Shown piece by piece: positions 1 to 8,720 of a stretch of DNA of 55,285 nucleotides; position 1 is the stretch's first letter; each line of letters begins with the position of its first letter. The notes under the pieces are model-generated. The model did not search any database. It was given only the letters and a program-made list of their open reading frames with translations, and was not told where the DNA came from. The translations under genes were made by a program, and so were the position numbers. The DNA lies in assembly GCA_035697545.1 (NCBI GenBank), contig DASSCT010000191.1, positions 1 through 55,285 on the forward strand. Reading direction: 5' to 3'. The DNA comes from Gaiellaceae bacterium (GTDB lineage: Bacteria; Actinomycetota; Thermoleophilia; Gaiellales; Gaiellaceae).

Positions 1-183
1 GTCGAGCTGATCGAGCCGTTCCTGCCGTTCGGGCTCGGGTTCGCCGCTGGAGCGATGGCGTGGCTCGTCGCAGCGCAACTCGTTCCCGACGCCCTCCGAA
101 CCAGTCGACCGTTCGCCGTCGCCGCGACGATGCTCGCGGCGGCAGCGGTCATGGTCGCCGTGCAGCTCGTACTGCTCGGCTGA
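1..183 (+). CDS. ZIP-family metal transporter, C-terminal fragment (5' end lies outside the window)
   Basis: Frame 1 is open from base 1 to the TGA at 181-183. It reads VELIEPFLPFGLGFAAGAMAWLVAAQLVPDAL...VQLVLLG, two hydrophobic helices resembling the C-terminus of ZIP/ZupT transporters. It is absent from the ORF track because it has no start codon in the window. Confidence 0.5.
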   Translation, partial: VELIEPFLPFGLGFAAGAMAWLVAAQLVPDALRTSRPFAVAATMLAAAAVMVAVQLVLLG

Positions 184-207
184 CGTCAACTTCGGCGGGA
201 AACTCTC

Positions 208-244
208 AACCCTCCTAACGGTGCCTGGCACCTTTCGGAGGGTT
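208..244 (+). terminator. Nested hairpin downstream of the ZIP gene; its loop carries the GGTGCCTGGCACC palindrome
   Basis: AACCCTCC (208-215) pairs with GGAGGGTT (237-244). The inner palindrome GGTGCCTGGCACC lies at 220-232. No T-tract follows. Confidence 0.35.
220..232. repeat. 13-nt palindrome GGTGCC(T)GGCACC, copy 1 of a dispersed intergenic motif
   Basis: It is the reverse complement of the copies at 35366-35378 and 35471-35483, apart from the last base. It lies in a convergent intergenic region. Confidence 0.6.
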
Positions 245-300
245 CGTACGGTTCGCCCAGGTTCGGCACCGTTTGGCGCCAACGAGATCGGACGGATCGA

Positions 301-319
301 GCTGAGGTCGAGCCTCAGC
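301..319 (-). terminator. Hairpin 13 nt downstream of the response-regulator stop codon
   Basis: GCTGAGG (301-307) pairs with CCTCAGC (313-319) around the loop TCGAG. There is no U-tract. Confidence 0.35.
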
Positions 320-331
320 GTTGCTCGCCTC

Positions 332-979
332 CTACTCGGGTGAGGATTCGAGCATCCCGTGCTCGAGCGCGTAGCGGACGAGCTCGGCGCGAGTCGAGAT
401 CCGGAGCTTCTGCATGATGTGCGCCCGGTGCGTTTCCACGGTGCGCACGGAGAGGTAGAGGGCGCTCGCGATCTCCTGGTTCGTGTGCCCTAGAGCGAGG
501 AGTCGCAGGATCTCGTGCTCGCGCTCGGACAGCGGGTCCGCTTCCTCCTTGGCGCGCTCTTCGGCATCGGCGGCGACGAGACGAGCGCCGAGCACCGGAT
601 GGACGTAGCGCCGCCCCTCCGCCACCTCTCGCACGGCGCCGACGACCTCGGCGTCGGCCGCCTCCTTGAGGACGTAGCCGCTCGCCCCGGACGCAAAGGC
701 CTCGCGGACGTACGCCGCGTCGTCCTGCATCGACAGCACGAGGATCTTGCTTTCCGGCGACTCCTTCAGGAGGTCGGGAATCGCTTCGAGCCCGCTGCGT
801 CCAGGCATGACCACGTCCAGGAGGATCACGTCCGGCTTCTGTGCCCTGGTCTCGAACACGGCCTCGCGTGCGTCGCCCGCCTCCCCCACGACCTCGATGT
901 CGTCCTCGCCCTCGAGCAAGAGCCGGAGCCCGGTGCGAACGACCGCATGATCGTCGACGACGAGCGTCCGGATGCTCAT
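332..979 (-). CDS. NarL/LuxR-family response regulator (REC domain plus LuxR-type HTH)
   Basis: Receiver motifs: VVDDH, DVILLDVVMPGRSG and ILVLSMQDD. C-terminal HTH: LSEREHEILRLLALGHTNQEIASALYLSVRTVETHRAHIMQKL. Confidence 0.95.
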   Translation of the reverse strand: MSIRTLVVDDHAVVRTGLRLLLEGEDDIEVVGEAGDAREAVFETRAQKPDVILLDVVMPGRSGLEAIPDLLKESPESKILVLSMQDDAAYVREAFASGASGYVLKEAADAEVVGAVREVAEGRRYVHPVLGARLVAADAEERAKEEADPLSEREHEILRLLALGHTNQEIASALYLSVRTVETHRAHIMQKLRISTRAELVRYALEHGMLESSPE

Positions 980-1044
980 AGGCGAACCTGCCGATCGCCG
1001 ACCTGTCGACCGGTCATTGCAGACGGTCGCACGGGAGAGGAGAC

Positions 1045-1136
1045 GGGCACGCTGGCGAAGCCAGCATGCCCTTTAAAACGGCATCGCAAGCGATGCCTTA
1101 GCCGTACGGCCTGAAGGAGACATCGCAAGCGATGTC
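1045..1136 (-). promoter_or_regulatory. Three hairpins in the spacer between the kinase and the regulator, including two near-identical 18-nt palindromes; the middle one is terminator-like
   Basis: GACATCGCAAGCGATGTC (1119-1136) abuts the kinase stop codon. GGCATCGCAAGCGATGCC (1080-1097) is followed on the minus strand by GTTTTAAA. A 12-bp stem spans 1045-1056/1060-1071, with one position that is a G-U pair in the minus-strand RNA. Confidence 0.5.
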
Positions 1137-2777
1137 TCACGCGCTCGGCACCTCGACGGCGATCGTGGTTCCCTCCCCCGGTCGCGACTCGACCGACAGC
1201 TTGCCGTCCACGAGCGCGATCCGCTCCCGCATCCCGAGCAGGCCGAGGCGCTCGTCGCGTGTGTCCGCTGGATCGAAGCCTCGACCATCGTCCTCGATCA
1301 CCGCGACGACACGGTTCCCTTTCCGCGTCAGCACGACGCTGACCGTCTCGGCCTGCGCGTGCTTGATGACGTTCGTGAGCGCCTCCTGGACGATCCGGTA
1401 CACGGCCGTCTCGGTCTCGCCGGCCAGCCGGGCATCCCCGAGCGCCGCCTCGACGTGGACGCGAATTCCGGTCTGCTCTGCGAAGGTCTCGGCCAGACGC
1501 TGGAGGGCGGCCACTAGGCCGAAGTCGTCGAGCGCCTTCGGGCGGAGCTCGACGGCGAGCCGGCGGACATCCTGGAGCGTCCCGACGACGAGCTCGCGCA
1601 GCTCGAGCACCGACTGACGGACGTCCTGACCGTTCCCGGCCTCCTCGATCGACTTCAGGCCGAGCAGGATCGAGGTCAACGCCTGCCCGGTCTCGTCGTG
1701 GAGCTCACGGGCCAGCCGCTGGCGCTCGAGCTCCTGGCCCGCGACGACACGTCGAAGCGCATCTCGCGCAACGCGCTCGGACAGGTCGATCGCAAGCGCC
1801 GCCCGCTCTGCGAACGCCTCCGCGATGCGGAGATCTTCGTCCGTGAACCGCGCATCGGGTTCTTCCTTGTCCTGGGCGACGAGCACGCCGATCGCGCGGT
1901 CCCGAACGATGAGCGGGACCCACATGCCGGTTCTCGCTCCCATCCTCCGAGCGGTTGCCTGATCGACCTCCGGATCCTCCAGCAGCGAGTCGACTCGCTC
2001 GCTCCGGCGCCGCTCCAGCACCCGCGCAGTCTTCGATTTCATCGGATCGAGCGTGATGCCGGCGTACTGGTCGGCATCCTCGCCGGCGACGGTCTCGATC
2101 AGGACCAGGCCGTCGGGCTGCGGCCTCGCGATGAAGACCAGTCGCGCATCGATCAGCTCCCGGAGGCGCGTGACGACGAGCTGGAGGAGCTTGGGCAGCT
2201 CGATCTCCGTCGAGAGGGCGTTCCCGACGTCGGTCAGAGACTCCAGCTGCTCCAGCCAGCGGGTCGCGGACTCGTAGAGCCGCGCGTTCTCGATGGCGAC
2301 GGCCGCCTGGCCCGCCAGCAGCTGGACGAGCTCCTGATCTTCTTCCGTGAACGCGTCGCCGCCGGCTTTCTCGGTCAAGTAGAGGTTGCCGTAGGCGACG
2401 CCGCGCAGCAGGATCGGCACTCCGAGAAACGTCCGCATCGGCGGGTGATTCGGCGGGAACCCGACCGACCGCGGATCGGCCGACAGCTCCTCGAGGCGGA
2501 GTGGCTTCGCATCGCGGATGAGGACGCCGAGAATCCCGCGACCTCGAGGGAGGTCGCCGATCGCCTCCATCGTCGCCTCGTCGATTCCGGTGACCACGAA
2601 GCGCTCGAGCCCCTGCCGGCTCGGATTGATGACGCCCAGGGCGGCGTACTCCGCGTCGGTCAGCGACGCAGCCGCCTCGACGATCCGCTGCAGGACGGCG
2701 TCGAGCGAGAGCTCCGACGAAACGGCGATCGCCGCGTCCAGAACCGCGCGCAACCGGTCTTGTTCGGTATGCGCCAT
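1137..2777 (-). CDS. Sensor histidine kinase with tandem GAF domains (DosS/DevS-like architecture; HisKA_3 plus HATPase)
   Basis: It has two GAF-like segments and no TM helix. H-box: LARELHDETGQALTSILLGL. ATPase motifs: EALTNVIKHA and IEDDGRGFD...GLLGMRERIALVDG. This is the NarX/DesK kinase class that pairs with LuxR-type regulators. Confidence 0.9.
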   Translation of the reverse strand: MAHTEQDRLRAVLDAAIAVSSELSLDAVLQRIVEAAASLTDAEYAALGVINPSRQGLERFVVTGIDEATMEAIGDLPRGRGILGVLIRDAKPLRLEELSADPRSVGFPPNHPPMRTFLGVPILLRGVAYGNLYLTEKAGGDAFTEEDQELVQLLAGQAAVAIENARLYESATRWLEQLESLTDVGNALSTEIELPKLLQLVVTRLRELIDARLVFIARPQPDGLVLIETVAGEDADQYAGITLDPMKSKTARVLERRRSERVDSLLEDPEVDQATARRMGARTGMWVPLIVRDRAIGVLVAQDKEEPDARFTDEDLRIAEAFAERAALAIDLSERVARDALRRVVAGQELERQRLARELHDETGQALTSILLGLKSIEEAGNGQDVRQSVLELRELVVGTLQDVRRLAVELRPKALDDFGLVAALQRLAETFAEQTGIRVHVEAALGDARLAGETETAVYRIVQEALTNVIKHAQAETVSVVLTRKGNRVVAVIEDDGRGFDPADTRDERLGLLGMRERIALVDGKLSVESRPGEGTTIAVEVPSA

Positions 2778-2808
2778 GCCGACGCGAATGGTATGGCGGC
2801 CTAGGGGC

Positions 2809-4182
2809 TCAGGCCCGGATCGCCGGCTTCGGCAGGGGCTCGATGGCCTGGAGCGCGCGCTCGATCTCGGCGTCCGGGAGCGCGAAGTCCTCCAGCTGGC
2901 CGGAGAAGTAGGCGTCGTAGGCGCCCAGGTCGAAATGGCCGTGGCCTGAGAGGTTGAAGAGGATCGTCAGCTCGCGGCCCTCTTCGTCGGCGGCGGCCGC
3001 CGCGCGCACGACGCCGTGGATCGCGTGGGCCGCCTCAGGCGCCGGGATGATCCCTTCGCTGCGGGCGAACTGGACGGCGGAGGCGAAGACCTCCGTCTGC
3101 GGATAGGCCTCGGCTCGGACGAGCCCATCGAGGACGAGCTGGGAGATCAGCGGCGCGACGCCGTGGTAGCGGAGGCCTCCGGCGTGGATCCCGGCCGGCA
3201 CGAAGTCATGACCCAACGTATGCATCGGGACGAGCGGCGTCAGCTGCGAGGTGTCCCCGAAGTCGTAGGCGAACGGCCCTCGCGTGAGCGTCGGGCAGGC
3301 CTCGGGCTCGCAGGCCAGGACGTCGATCTCGCGCCCCCCGATCTTCTCGCGCAGAAACGGGAACGAAAGCCCCGCGAAGTTCGAGCCGCCGCCGACGCAG
3401 CCGGCGATCAGGTCGGGGAACGCGCCGGCCTGCTCCATCTGGGCGAGCGCCTCCTGGCCGATCACGGTCTGGTGCATGAGCACGTGGTTCAAAACGCTGC
3501 CCAGCGAATAAGCAGTGTCCTCCCGGGTCGCGGCGTCCTCGACCGCCTCCGAGATGGCGATCCCGAGACTGCCCGGCGTGTCGGGCTTCTCCTCGAGGAT
3601 GGCGCGCCCCGCCTGCGTGTCCTCCGACGGGCTCGGGACGACGGCGGCGCCCCAGGTCTGCATCATCGAGCGGCGGTAGGGCTTCTGCTCGTAGGAGACC
3701 TTGACCATGTAGACCTTGCACTCGAGCTCGAAGAGCCGGCACGCAAGCGCGAGAGCGCTCCCCCACTGGCCCGCGCCGGTCTCGGTGGAGATCCGGGTCC
3801 GCCCCTCCTGCTTCACGTAGTAGGCCTGGGCGACGGCCGTGTTCGGCTTGTGGCTGCCGGCCGGGCTGACACCCTCGTACTTGTAGAAGATCCGCGACTT
3901 CGTCCCCAGCGCCTGCTCGAGCCTGTGGGCGCGGTAGAGCGGCGTCGGCCGCCAGAGCCGGTAGACGTCGCGAATCGCCTCGGGGATCGCGATCTCGGCG
4001 TCCTGTGAGACCTCCTGGCCGATCAGCTCCATCGGGAAGAGCGGCGCGAGATCGTCCGGGCCGATCGGCTCGCCCGTCCCTGGATGCAGGATCGGCTGCG
4101 GGGCGTTCGGAAGGTCGGCCTGGATGTTGTACCAGCGCTCCGGAATCGCAGACTCCGGGAGCAGGAACTTCGTCTCGGCCAT
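2809..4182 (-). CDS. trpB2: TrpB2-type tryptophan synthase beta-like PLP enzyme
   Basis: 457 aa. The N-terminus [25 protein letters not shown]...[16 protein letters not shown]...[25 protein letters not shown] is the long TrpB2 form with a PLP-lysine context (SHKPN). GGGSNFAG is the phosphate-binding loop. Confidence 0.9.
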   Translation of the reverse strand: MAETKFLLPESAIPERWYNIQADLPNAPQPILHPGTGEPIGPDDLAPLFPMELIGQEVSQDAEIAIPEAIRDVYRLWRPTPLYRAHRLEQALGTKSRIFYKYEGVSPAGSHKPNTAVAQAYYVKQEGRTRISTETGAGQWGSALALACRLFELECKVYMVKVSYEQKPYRRSMMQTWGAAVVPSPSEDTQAGRAILEEKPDTPGSLGIAISEAVEDAATREDTAYSLGSVLNHVLMHQTVIGQEALAQMEQAGAFPDLIAGCVGGGSNFAGLSFPFLREKIGGREIDVLACEPEACPTLTRGPFAYDFGDTSQLTPLVPMHTLGHDFVPAGIHAGGLRYHGVAPLISQLVLDGLVRAEAYPQTEVFASAVQFARSEGIIPAPEAAHAIHGVVRAAAAADEEGRELTILFNLSGHGHFDLGAYDAYFSGQLEDFALPDAEIERALQAIEPLPKPAIRA

Positions 4183-4191
4183 GCCGCGAGC

Positions 4192-5031
4192 TTACTCCGC
4201 GCCGGTCGGCGCAGGCTCGTCTTCGGCCAGCGAGACCCCACGCGGAGCGCGCCCGAACGTGTCGCTCCCCCGGGCCGAGAGCTCCTCGGGCCAATCCCGC
4301 GGATAATCGCCGAGGCTTCGCCGCTCGCCGCCGGGGACGCAGAGCTCGACGGAGATGCGGCCGTCGCCGACCCGGATGAGGTTGTAGGCCGGCCGGGGGA
4401 AACCCCGGGTGCGGAGTGTCGAGACCGTGCCGGAGTGCACGAGCAGCAGGCCGGCCACGGGCCAGACGTACGGGACGTGTCTGTGGCCCGACAGGACGAG
4501 GTCGGCTTGGCAATGGCGAAGGAGCGAGAGCACGTCGCCGGCATCGAGCACCTGGTTGCGCTCCCGGCCGGTGCCCGGAATCGGCATCAGGTGGTGGTGG
4601 CACACGAAGACGCGCAGATCCGCGGGCCCGGCGAAGCCCTCTGCGATCCAGCCGTAGTGCTCACGCCCGATCTCACCCTCGTCGAGGTCGGGTTTGGACG
4701 AGTCGACGGCGACGAGCGAGACCTCCAAGCCGCCGAGGTGGAGCCGCCGCCGCGAGTCGCGCCCGCCGAAGGTGTCCTCGAACAGGAGGTAACCGACGTT
4801 CCGTGCGTCGTGGTTCCCCGGGACGCGCACGATCTCCGGACAGGCGATCGCCCCGAGCTCCTCGCGGGCAATGGGGTACTGATCGGGAAAGCCGTCGTCG
4901 GTGAGGTCACCGGCGACGACGACGAGGTCGGGCTCGGCGGCGTTGATCTCCTCGATCGCCGTCGTCAGAAGCTCGCGCCGATAGCGGCCCCCACCGACAT
5001 GGACGTCCGAGATCTGTGCGATGAGCACCAC
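4192..5031 (-). CDS. Calcineurin-like metallophosphoesterase
   Basis: Motifs ISDVHVG, VVVAGDLTDDG, PGNHD, VCHHH and SGHRH. GTG start; a 9-nt gap separates it from trpB2. Confidence 0.9.
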   Translation of the reverse strand: MVLIAQISDVHVGGGRYRRELLTTAIEEINAAEPDLVVVAGDLTDDGFPDQYPIAREELGAIACPEIVRVPGNHDARNVGYLLFEDTFGGRDSRRRLHLGGLEVSLVAVDSSKPDLDEGEIGREHYGWIAEGFAGPADLRVFVCHHHLMPIPGTGRERNQVLDAGDVLSLLRHCQADLVLSGHRHVPYVWPVAGLLLVHSGTVSTLRTRGFPRPAYNLIRVGDGRISVELCVPGGERRSLGDYPRDWPEELSARGSDTFGRAPRGVSLAEDEPAPTGAE

Positions 5032-5048
5032 GAGAGTCTTTCACCTTT

Positions 5049-5054
5049 TATCCT
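5049..5054 (+). promoter_or_regulatory. -10-like hexamer TATCCT, 6 nt upstream of the ATG at 5061 (suggests a leaderless transcript)
   Basis: It fits the TANNNT pattern, and there is no Shine-Dalgarno sequence in the 29-nt divergent spacer on this side. Confidence 0.4.
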
Positions 5055-5060
5055 CGACGC

Positions 5061-5699
5061 ATGAATGTCGAGTTGCGGCCGAGATTACGCGGCGTTTTCC
5101 ACCAGTACGCCTTCTTCGCCTCGCTTGTCTTCGGAGCGGTGCTCGTTGTCGGCGCCTCGGGGCCGGCGGAGCGAATGTCGGCGATCGTGTTCGCAACAGC
5201 ACTGGCGACGATGTTCGGGGTCAGCGCGCTCTATCACCGGGTCGCGTGGCGCCCCCGCGCGAGGCTGTGGATGCGGAGGCTCGATCACGCCGGGATCTAC
5301 CTGCTGATCGCAGGGACGTACACGCCCTTCGCCGTCCTCGCCCTGGCCGACGTCTGGCGCTGGACGATCCTGCCCGTCGTGTGGGGCGGTGCACTGGTCG
5401 CGATCGTGCTCAAGCTGGCCTGGGTCGACGCGCCCAAGTGGCTGGCCGTCACGATCGGGATCGCGCTCGGCTGGATCGGCGTCGTCGCCCTGCCACAGCT
5501 CTGGGCCCACACCGGTCTGGCCGGAGTCGGGCTCCTCCTGGCCGGCGGAATTCTGTACACCGTCGGGGCGATCGTGTACGCACGGCGCCGCCCCGACCCG
5601 GTCCCGGAGGTCTTCGGCTACCACGAGCTCTTTCATGCGCTCGTCATCGCCGCAGCCGCGTGCCAGTACACGGCGGTCGCGCTCGTCCTCCTGGACTAA
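5061..5699 (+). CDS. Hemolysin III / PAQR-family membrane protein
   Basis: 7-TM profile with SALYH, RLDHAGIYLLIAGTYTP and HELFHALV motifs. Confidence 0.9.
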   Translation: MNVELRPRLRGVFHQYAFFASLVFGAVLVVGASGPAERMSAIVFATALATMFGVSALYHRVAWRPRARLWMRRLDHAGIYLLIAGTYTPFAVLALADVWRWTILPVVWGGALVAIVLKLAWVDAPKWLAVTIGIALGWIGVVALPQLWAHTGLAGVGLLLAGGILYTVGAIVYARRRPDPVPEVFGYHELFHALVIAAAACQYTAVALVLLD

Positions 5700-5702
5700 C
5701 GG

Positions 5703-6899
5703 TTAGATCTTCCGGCGCTTTGGCGGTGCGCCCCAGCGGGAACGGCGGCCTCGCCCCGAGTAGACGAGCCGCTTGGGCGCGACGCTCATGCCCTGTTGCG
5801 CGAACTGCCCATCCTCGCCCACCCTTCGGGCGAAGTGGCTCACGTCGGCCTGCTGCTCCGGAAGCACCAGCGTGATCCCGGTCCCGTCGCGCCCTGCGCG
5901 GGCCGTCCGGCCGACGCGGTGGACATAGCCCTTGTTGTCAGCGGGCGGATCGAAGTTGATCACGTGCGTGATGTGATCGAGGTCAAGCCCGCGCGCCGCG
6001 ACGTCGGTGGCGACGAGAGTCGAGACCTCTCCAGTCTCGAAACGTTCGAGCGCGCGCTCGCGGGCGCGCTGGTGCATGTCGCCGTGCATCGCGACGGCCT
6101 TCACCTCGTGGCGGGCAAGCCTCTGCACCAGGCGGTCCGCGCCGCGCTTGGTGCGGACGAAGACGAGCGTGAGCCCATCGTCGTGGCCGAGCATGTCGAC
6201 GAGTGTCGAGACCTTGGTGTCGGCGGTGACTCCGACGAAGCGGTGCTCGGTCTCCCCGCGCTCCAGGTGGCTCGGCAGCTGAGCGTCGAAGCGGCTCGGA
6301 CTGTCCGTGTAGGCCCTCGCGAGCTGCGCGACCTCCCCGTCGAGCGTGGCCGAGAAGAACATCGTCTGGCGGTTACGAGGAAGGCGCCGGACGATCGCGT
6401 CGACCTGCGGTTGGAAGCCCATGTCCAGCATCCGGTCGGCCTCGTCGAGGACGAGGATGCGGATGCCGTCGAGCTTGACGAGGCGCCGGTTGGCGAGATC
6501 CTCGAGCCGGCCTGGCGTGGCGACGAGGATATGTGCGCTCTTCGCAGCCTTCGCCTGGGCGGCGACAGAGGTTCCGCCGTAAACGGCGGCGACCCGGAGC
6601 CCTCGTGCGCGCCCGATGTCCGCGAACTCCTCTGCGACCTGAGTCGCGAGCTCGCGCGTGGGAACAAGCACGAGCGCCGACGGCCGCGCATCGCGGGCTT
6701 CGAGCCGTTGCACGATCGGGACGGCGAAGGCAAGCGTCTTGCCCGATCCCGTGGGTGACTTGGCGAGCACGTCGAGGCCGGCCAGCGCATCCGGCAGGAC
6801 GAGCTCTTGAATGGAAAACGGCGTTGAGATCGACCGCCGCGCGAGCGCGGCGATAATCGGTTCGGCTACGCCGAGCTCCTTGAAAGACTTCTGTGACAC
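5703..6899 (-). CDS. DEAD-box ATP-dependent RNA helicase
   Basis: Q-motif region, AKSPTGSGKT (motif I), PTRELA, VLDEADRMLD (DEAD box), SAT and HRVGRTARAG (motif VI). Confidence 0.95.
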   Translation of the reverse strand: MSQKSFKELGVAEPIIAALARRSISTPFSIQELVLPDALAGLDVLAKSPTGSGKTLAFAVPIVQRLEARDARPSALVLVPTRELATQVAEEFADIGRARGLRVAAVYGGTSVAAQAKAAKSAHILVATPGRLEDLANRRLVKLDGIRILVLDEADRMLDMGFQPQVDAIVRRLPRNRQTMFFSATLDGEVAQLARAYTDSPSRFDAQLPSHLERGETEHRFVGVTADTKVSTLVDMLGHDDGLTLVFVRTKRGADRLVQRLARHEVKAVAMHGDMHQRARERALERFETGEVSTLVATDVAARGLDLDHITHVINFDPPADNKGYVHRVGRTARAGRDGTGITLVLPEQQADVSHFARRVGEDGQFAQQGMSVAPKRLVYSGRGRRSRWGAPPKRRKI

Positions 6900-7185
6900 G
6901 TTCGACTCCTTCAGTTGCGGTTCGAGATTCGCCTGCCTCGAAACCGCCGAAGAAGGAACGAGAAGCTCACCTCACGGGTCGGCCGGATTGCCGTCCCTGG
7001 CGCACAAAGTAGCAACAAAAATGCCGAGTCCTGCAAACCCGAAGGCCCACAGGACTCGACGGAGCGACTCTCTCACCTCCGCCATGCGCCTGTCAAGTGA
7101 GAACCGTCGGGTCGGTTCCTCGCACCTGCAGAGGCGTCGATCGGACGGTACATTCGGACGTGGGACCACCGACAAGGAGGGTGCC

Positions 7186-7986
7186 GTGAAACGAATCGTG
7201 CTGTTGGCTGCTGTGGCTGTGTTCTGGCCGACGGCCGTCACCGCTTCGGCGCAGACAGCGGCTGCGCCGACCAAGTCGCCGGGCAAGCTCATCGTCGGCT
7301 TCGACCTGCCCGCGCCGGGCTTCTGGAACGGCAGGGCGTCGGGCACGACGATCAAGAACCCGTCCGGCTTCGAGTACGCCCTCTCGAGGGCGATCGCCAA
7401 GCAGATGGGGATTTCGAGGGTCCAGTTCCTACGGGCGCCGTTCGGGACGATTCTCCTGGCCGGGCCGAAGAAGTTCGACTTCGCGCTCGAGGAGACCACG
7501 ATCACGAAGCCGCGGGCCAAGGTGATCAGCTTCTCCGTGCCGTACTTCGACGCGAACCAGGGCGTGCTGATCCGGAAGGGCCTGACCAAACCCAGCTCGA
7601 TCGCGGACCTGAAGAGCCTCCAGACCTGCGCTCAGGCCGCCACGACGGGGCTGACGTGGATTCGGAGCAAGCTGCGTCCGGCCAAGCGGCCGCTCGTCTA
7701 CTCCGCGTCCTCGACCGCCGCGTTCGACGCGGTGGAGTCCGGCCGCTGCGACGCGCTCATCCTCGACGTCCCGATCGTCGTCTCGCAGAGCAAGAAGAAG
7801 CCGGGCGCCTACGGCGGCGTCGTGGGACAGATCGTGACCAAGGAGGGCTACGGCGCGGTCATGCAGAAGGGCAGCGCGCTCAAGCCGTTCGTCGACCGGG
7901 CGATCAGGAAGCTCCGCGCGAACGGCACCATCACCCGGCTGCAGAGGAAGTGGCTGCCGTTCACCCGTGTGGCGATTCTGAAATAG
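7186..7986 (+). CDS. Amino-acid ABC transporter substrate-binding protein (family 3 SBP), secreted
   Basis: GTG at 7186 is preceded by AAGGAGG (7174-7180). Signal peptide VKRIVLLAAVAVFWPTAVTASAQ. The upstream part of the 6811 ORF is R/S-rich and not protein-like. Confidence 0.85.
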   Translation: MKRIVLLAAVAVFWPTAVTASAQTAAAPTKSPGKLIVGFDLPAPGFWNGRASGTTIKNPSGFEYALSRAIAKQMGISRVQFLRAPFGTILLAGPKKFDFALEETTITKPRAKVISFSVPYFDANQGVLIRKGLTKPSSIADLKSLQTCAQAATTGLTWIRSKLRPAKRPLVYSASSTAAFDAVESGRCDALILDVPIVVSQSKKKPGAYGGVVGQIVTKEGYGAVMQKGSALKPFVDRAIRKLRANGTITRLQRKWLPFTRVAILK

Positions 7987-8012
7987 GCATCTAGCGGAGG
8001 AGGAGGTCGGGC

Positions 8013-8720
8013 GTGGGGAAGTTCCTACACACGTTCTTCAGCCCGCTCGACTTCCTCCGCGCGGTGCCTCAGGTCTGGGACGGCTTCCAGACCAACCTGA
8101 AGCTGATGGTGATCGCGGAGGCGCTCGTGCTCGTCTTCGCGCTCGCAGTTGCCGTCGTCCGCGGCCTGCCCGGCCGCGCGGCGCTCCCGTTCCGCGCCCT
8201 GGCAGTCGTCTACACGGACTTCTTTCGCGGCACGCCGCTCATCCTCGTCCTCTTCATGATCTTCGGCGGCCTGCCGGCGCTGAACCTCGCCGTGATCTCT
8301 GATCTCTCCTTCTTCACGTCCGGGGTCATCGCCCTGACGCTCGTCTACACCGCATATGTCACGGAGGTCTACCGGGCCGGCATCGAGTCGGTGCATCCCA
8401 GCCAGCGCATGGCCGCGCGCTCGCTCGGGCTCACCTACACGCAGACGCTGCGCCTGGTCATCCTGCCGCAGGCGATCAGGCGCGTCGTCCCGCCGCTCCT
8501 GAACGACTTCATCGGCCTGCAAAAGGACACCGCTCTCGTGACCGTCATCGGCGTGACCGAGGCAGTGGCCCAGGCGAACTTCTACGCGTCCGACTACTTC
8601 AACTACGCGGGACTGACCGTCGCGGCCGTGTTCTTCGTCATTCTCACGATCCCGCTCGCGCGCTTCACCGACAACCTGATCAGAGAGCGCGAGCGGCGGG
8701 AGCGCGCGCAAGCGGTGTGA
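8013..8720 (+). CDS. Amino-acid ABC transporter permease (His/Glu/Gln/Arg/opine family)
   Basis: Multi-TM protein with the EAA-type loop YRAGIESVHPSQRMAARSLGLTYTQTLRLVILPQA. Confidence 0.9.
   Translation: MGKFLHTFFSPLDFLRAVPQVWDGFQTNLKLMVIAEALVLVFALAVAVVRGLPGRAALPFRALAVVYTDFFRGTPLILVLFMIFGGLPALNLAVISDLSFFTSGVIALTLVYTAYVTEVYRAGIESVHPSQRMAARSLGLTYTQTLRLVILPQAIRRVVPPLLNDFIGLQKDTALVTVIGVTEAVAQANFYASDYFNYAGLTVAAVFFVILTIPLARFTDNLIRERERRERAQAV

Noticed and set aside
3206-4603. A 465-aa ORF, and many similar long ORFs elsewhere (for example 42437-44194, 45544-47055, 9622-10644, 12325-13446 upstream of 12927, 48919-49602), that overlap well-supported genes in other frames or on the opposite strand.
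   Set aside because: Their translations are Arg/Pro/Ala/Gly-rich and motif-free, as expected for stop-poor alternate frames in very GC-rich DNA. Each overlaps a gene with clear family motifs.
6811-7185. The N-terminal extension of the substrate-binding-protein ORF, and a possible riboswitch in the 286-nt helicase/ABC spacer.
   Set aside because: The extension is not protein-like, and a strong Shine-Dalgarno sequence with a GTG lies at 7186. In the spacer I found only a 9-bp hairpin (7025-7033/7050-7058) and an A-rich patch. I recognised no conserved riboswitch core (glycine, lysine, SAM or TPP). It may simply be the long 5' UTR of the DEAD-box helicase. Rfam cmscan would settle this.
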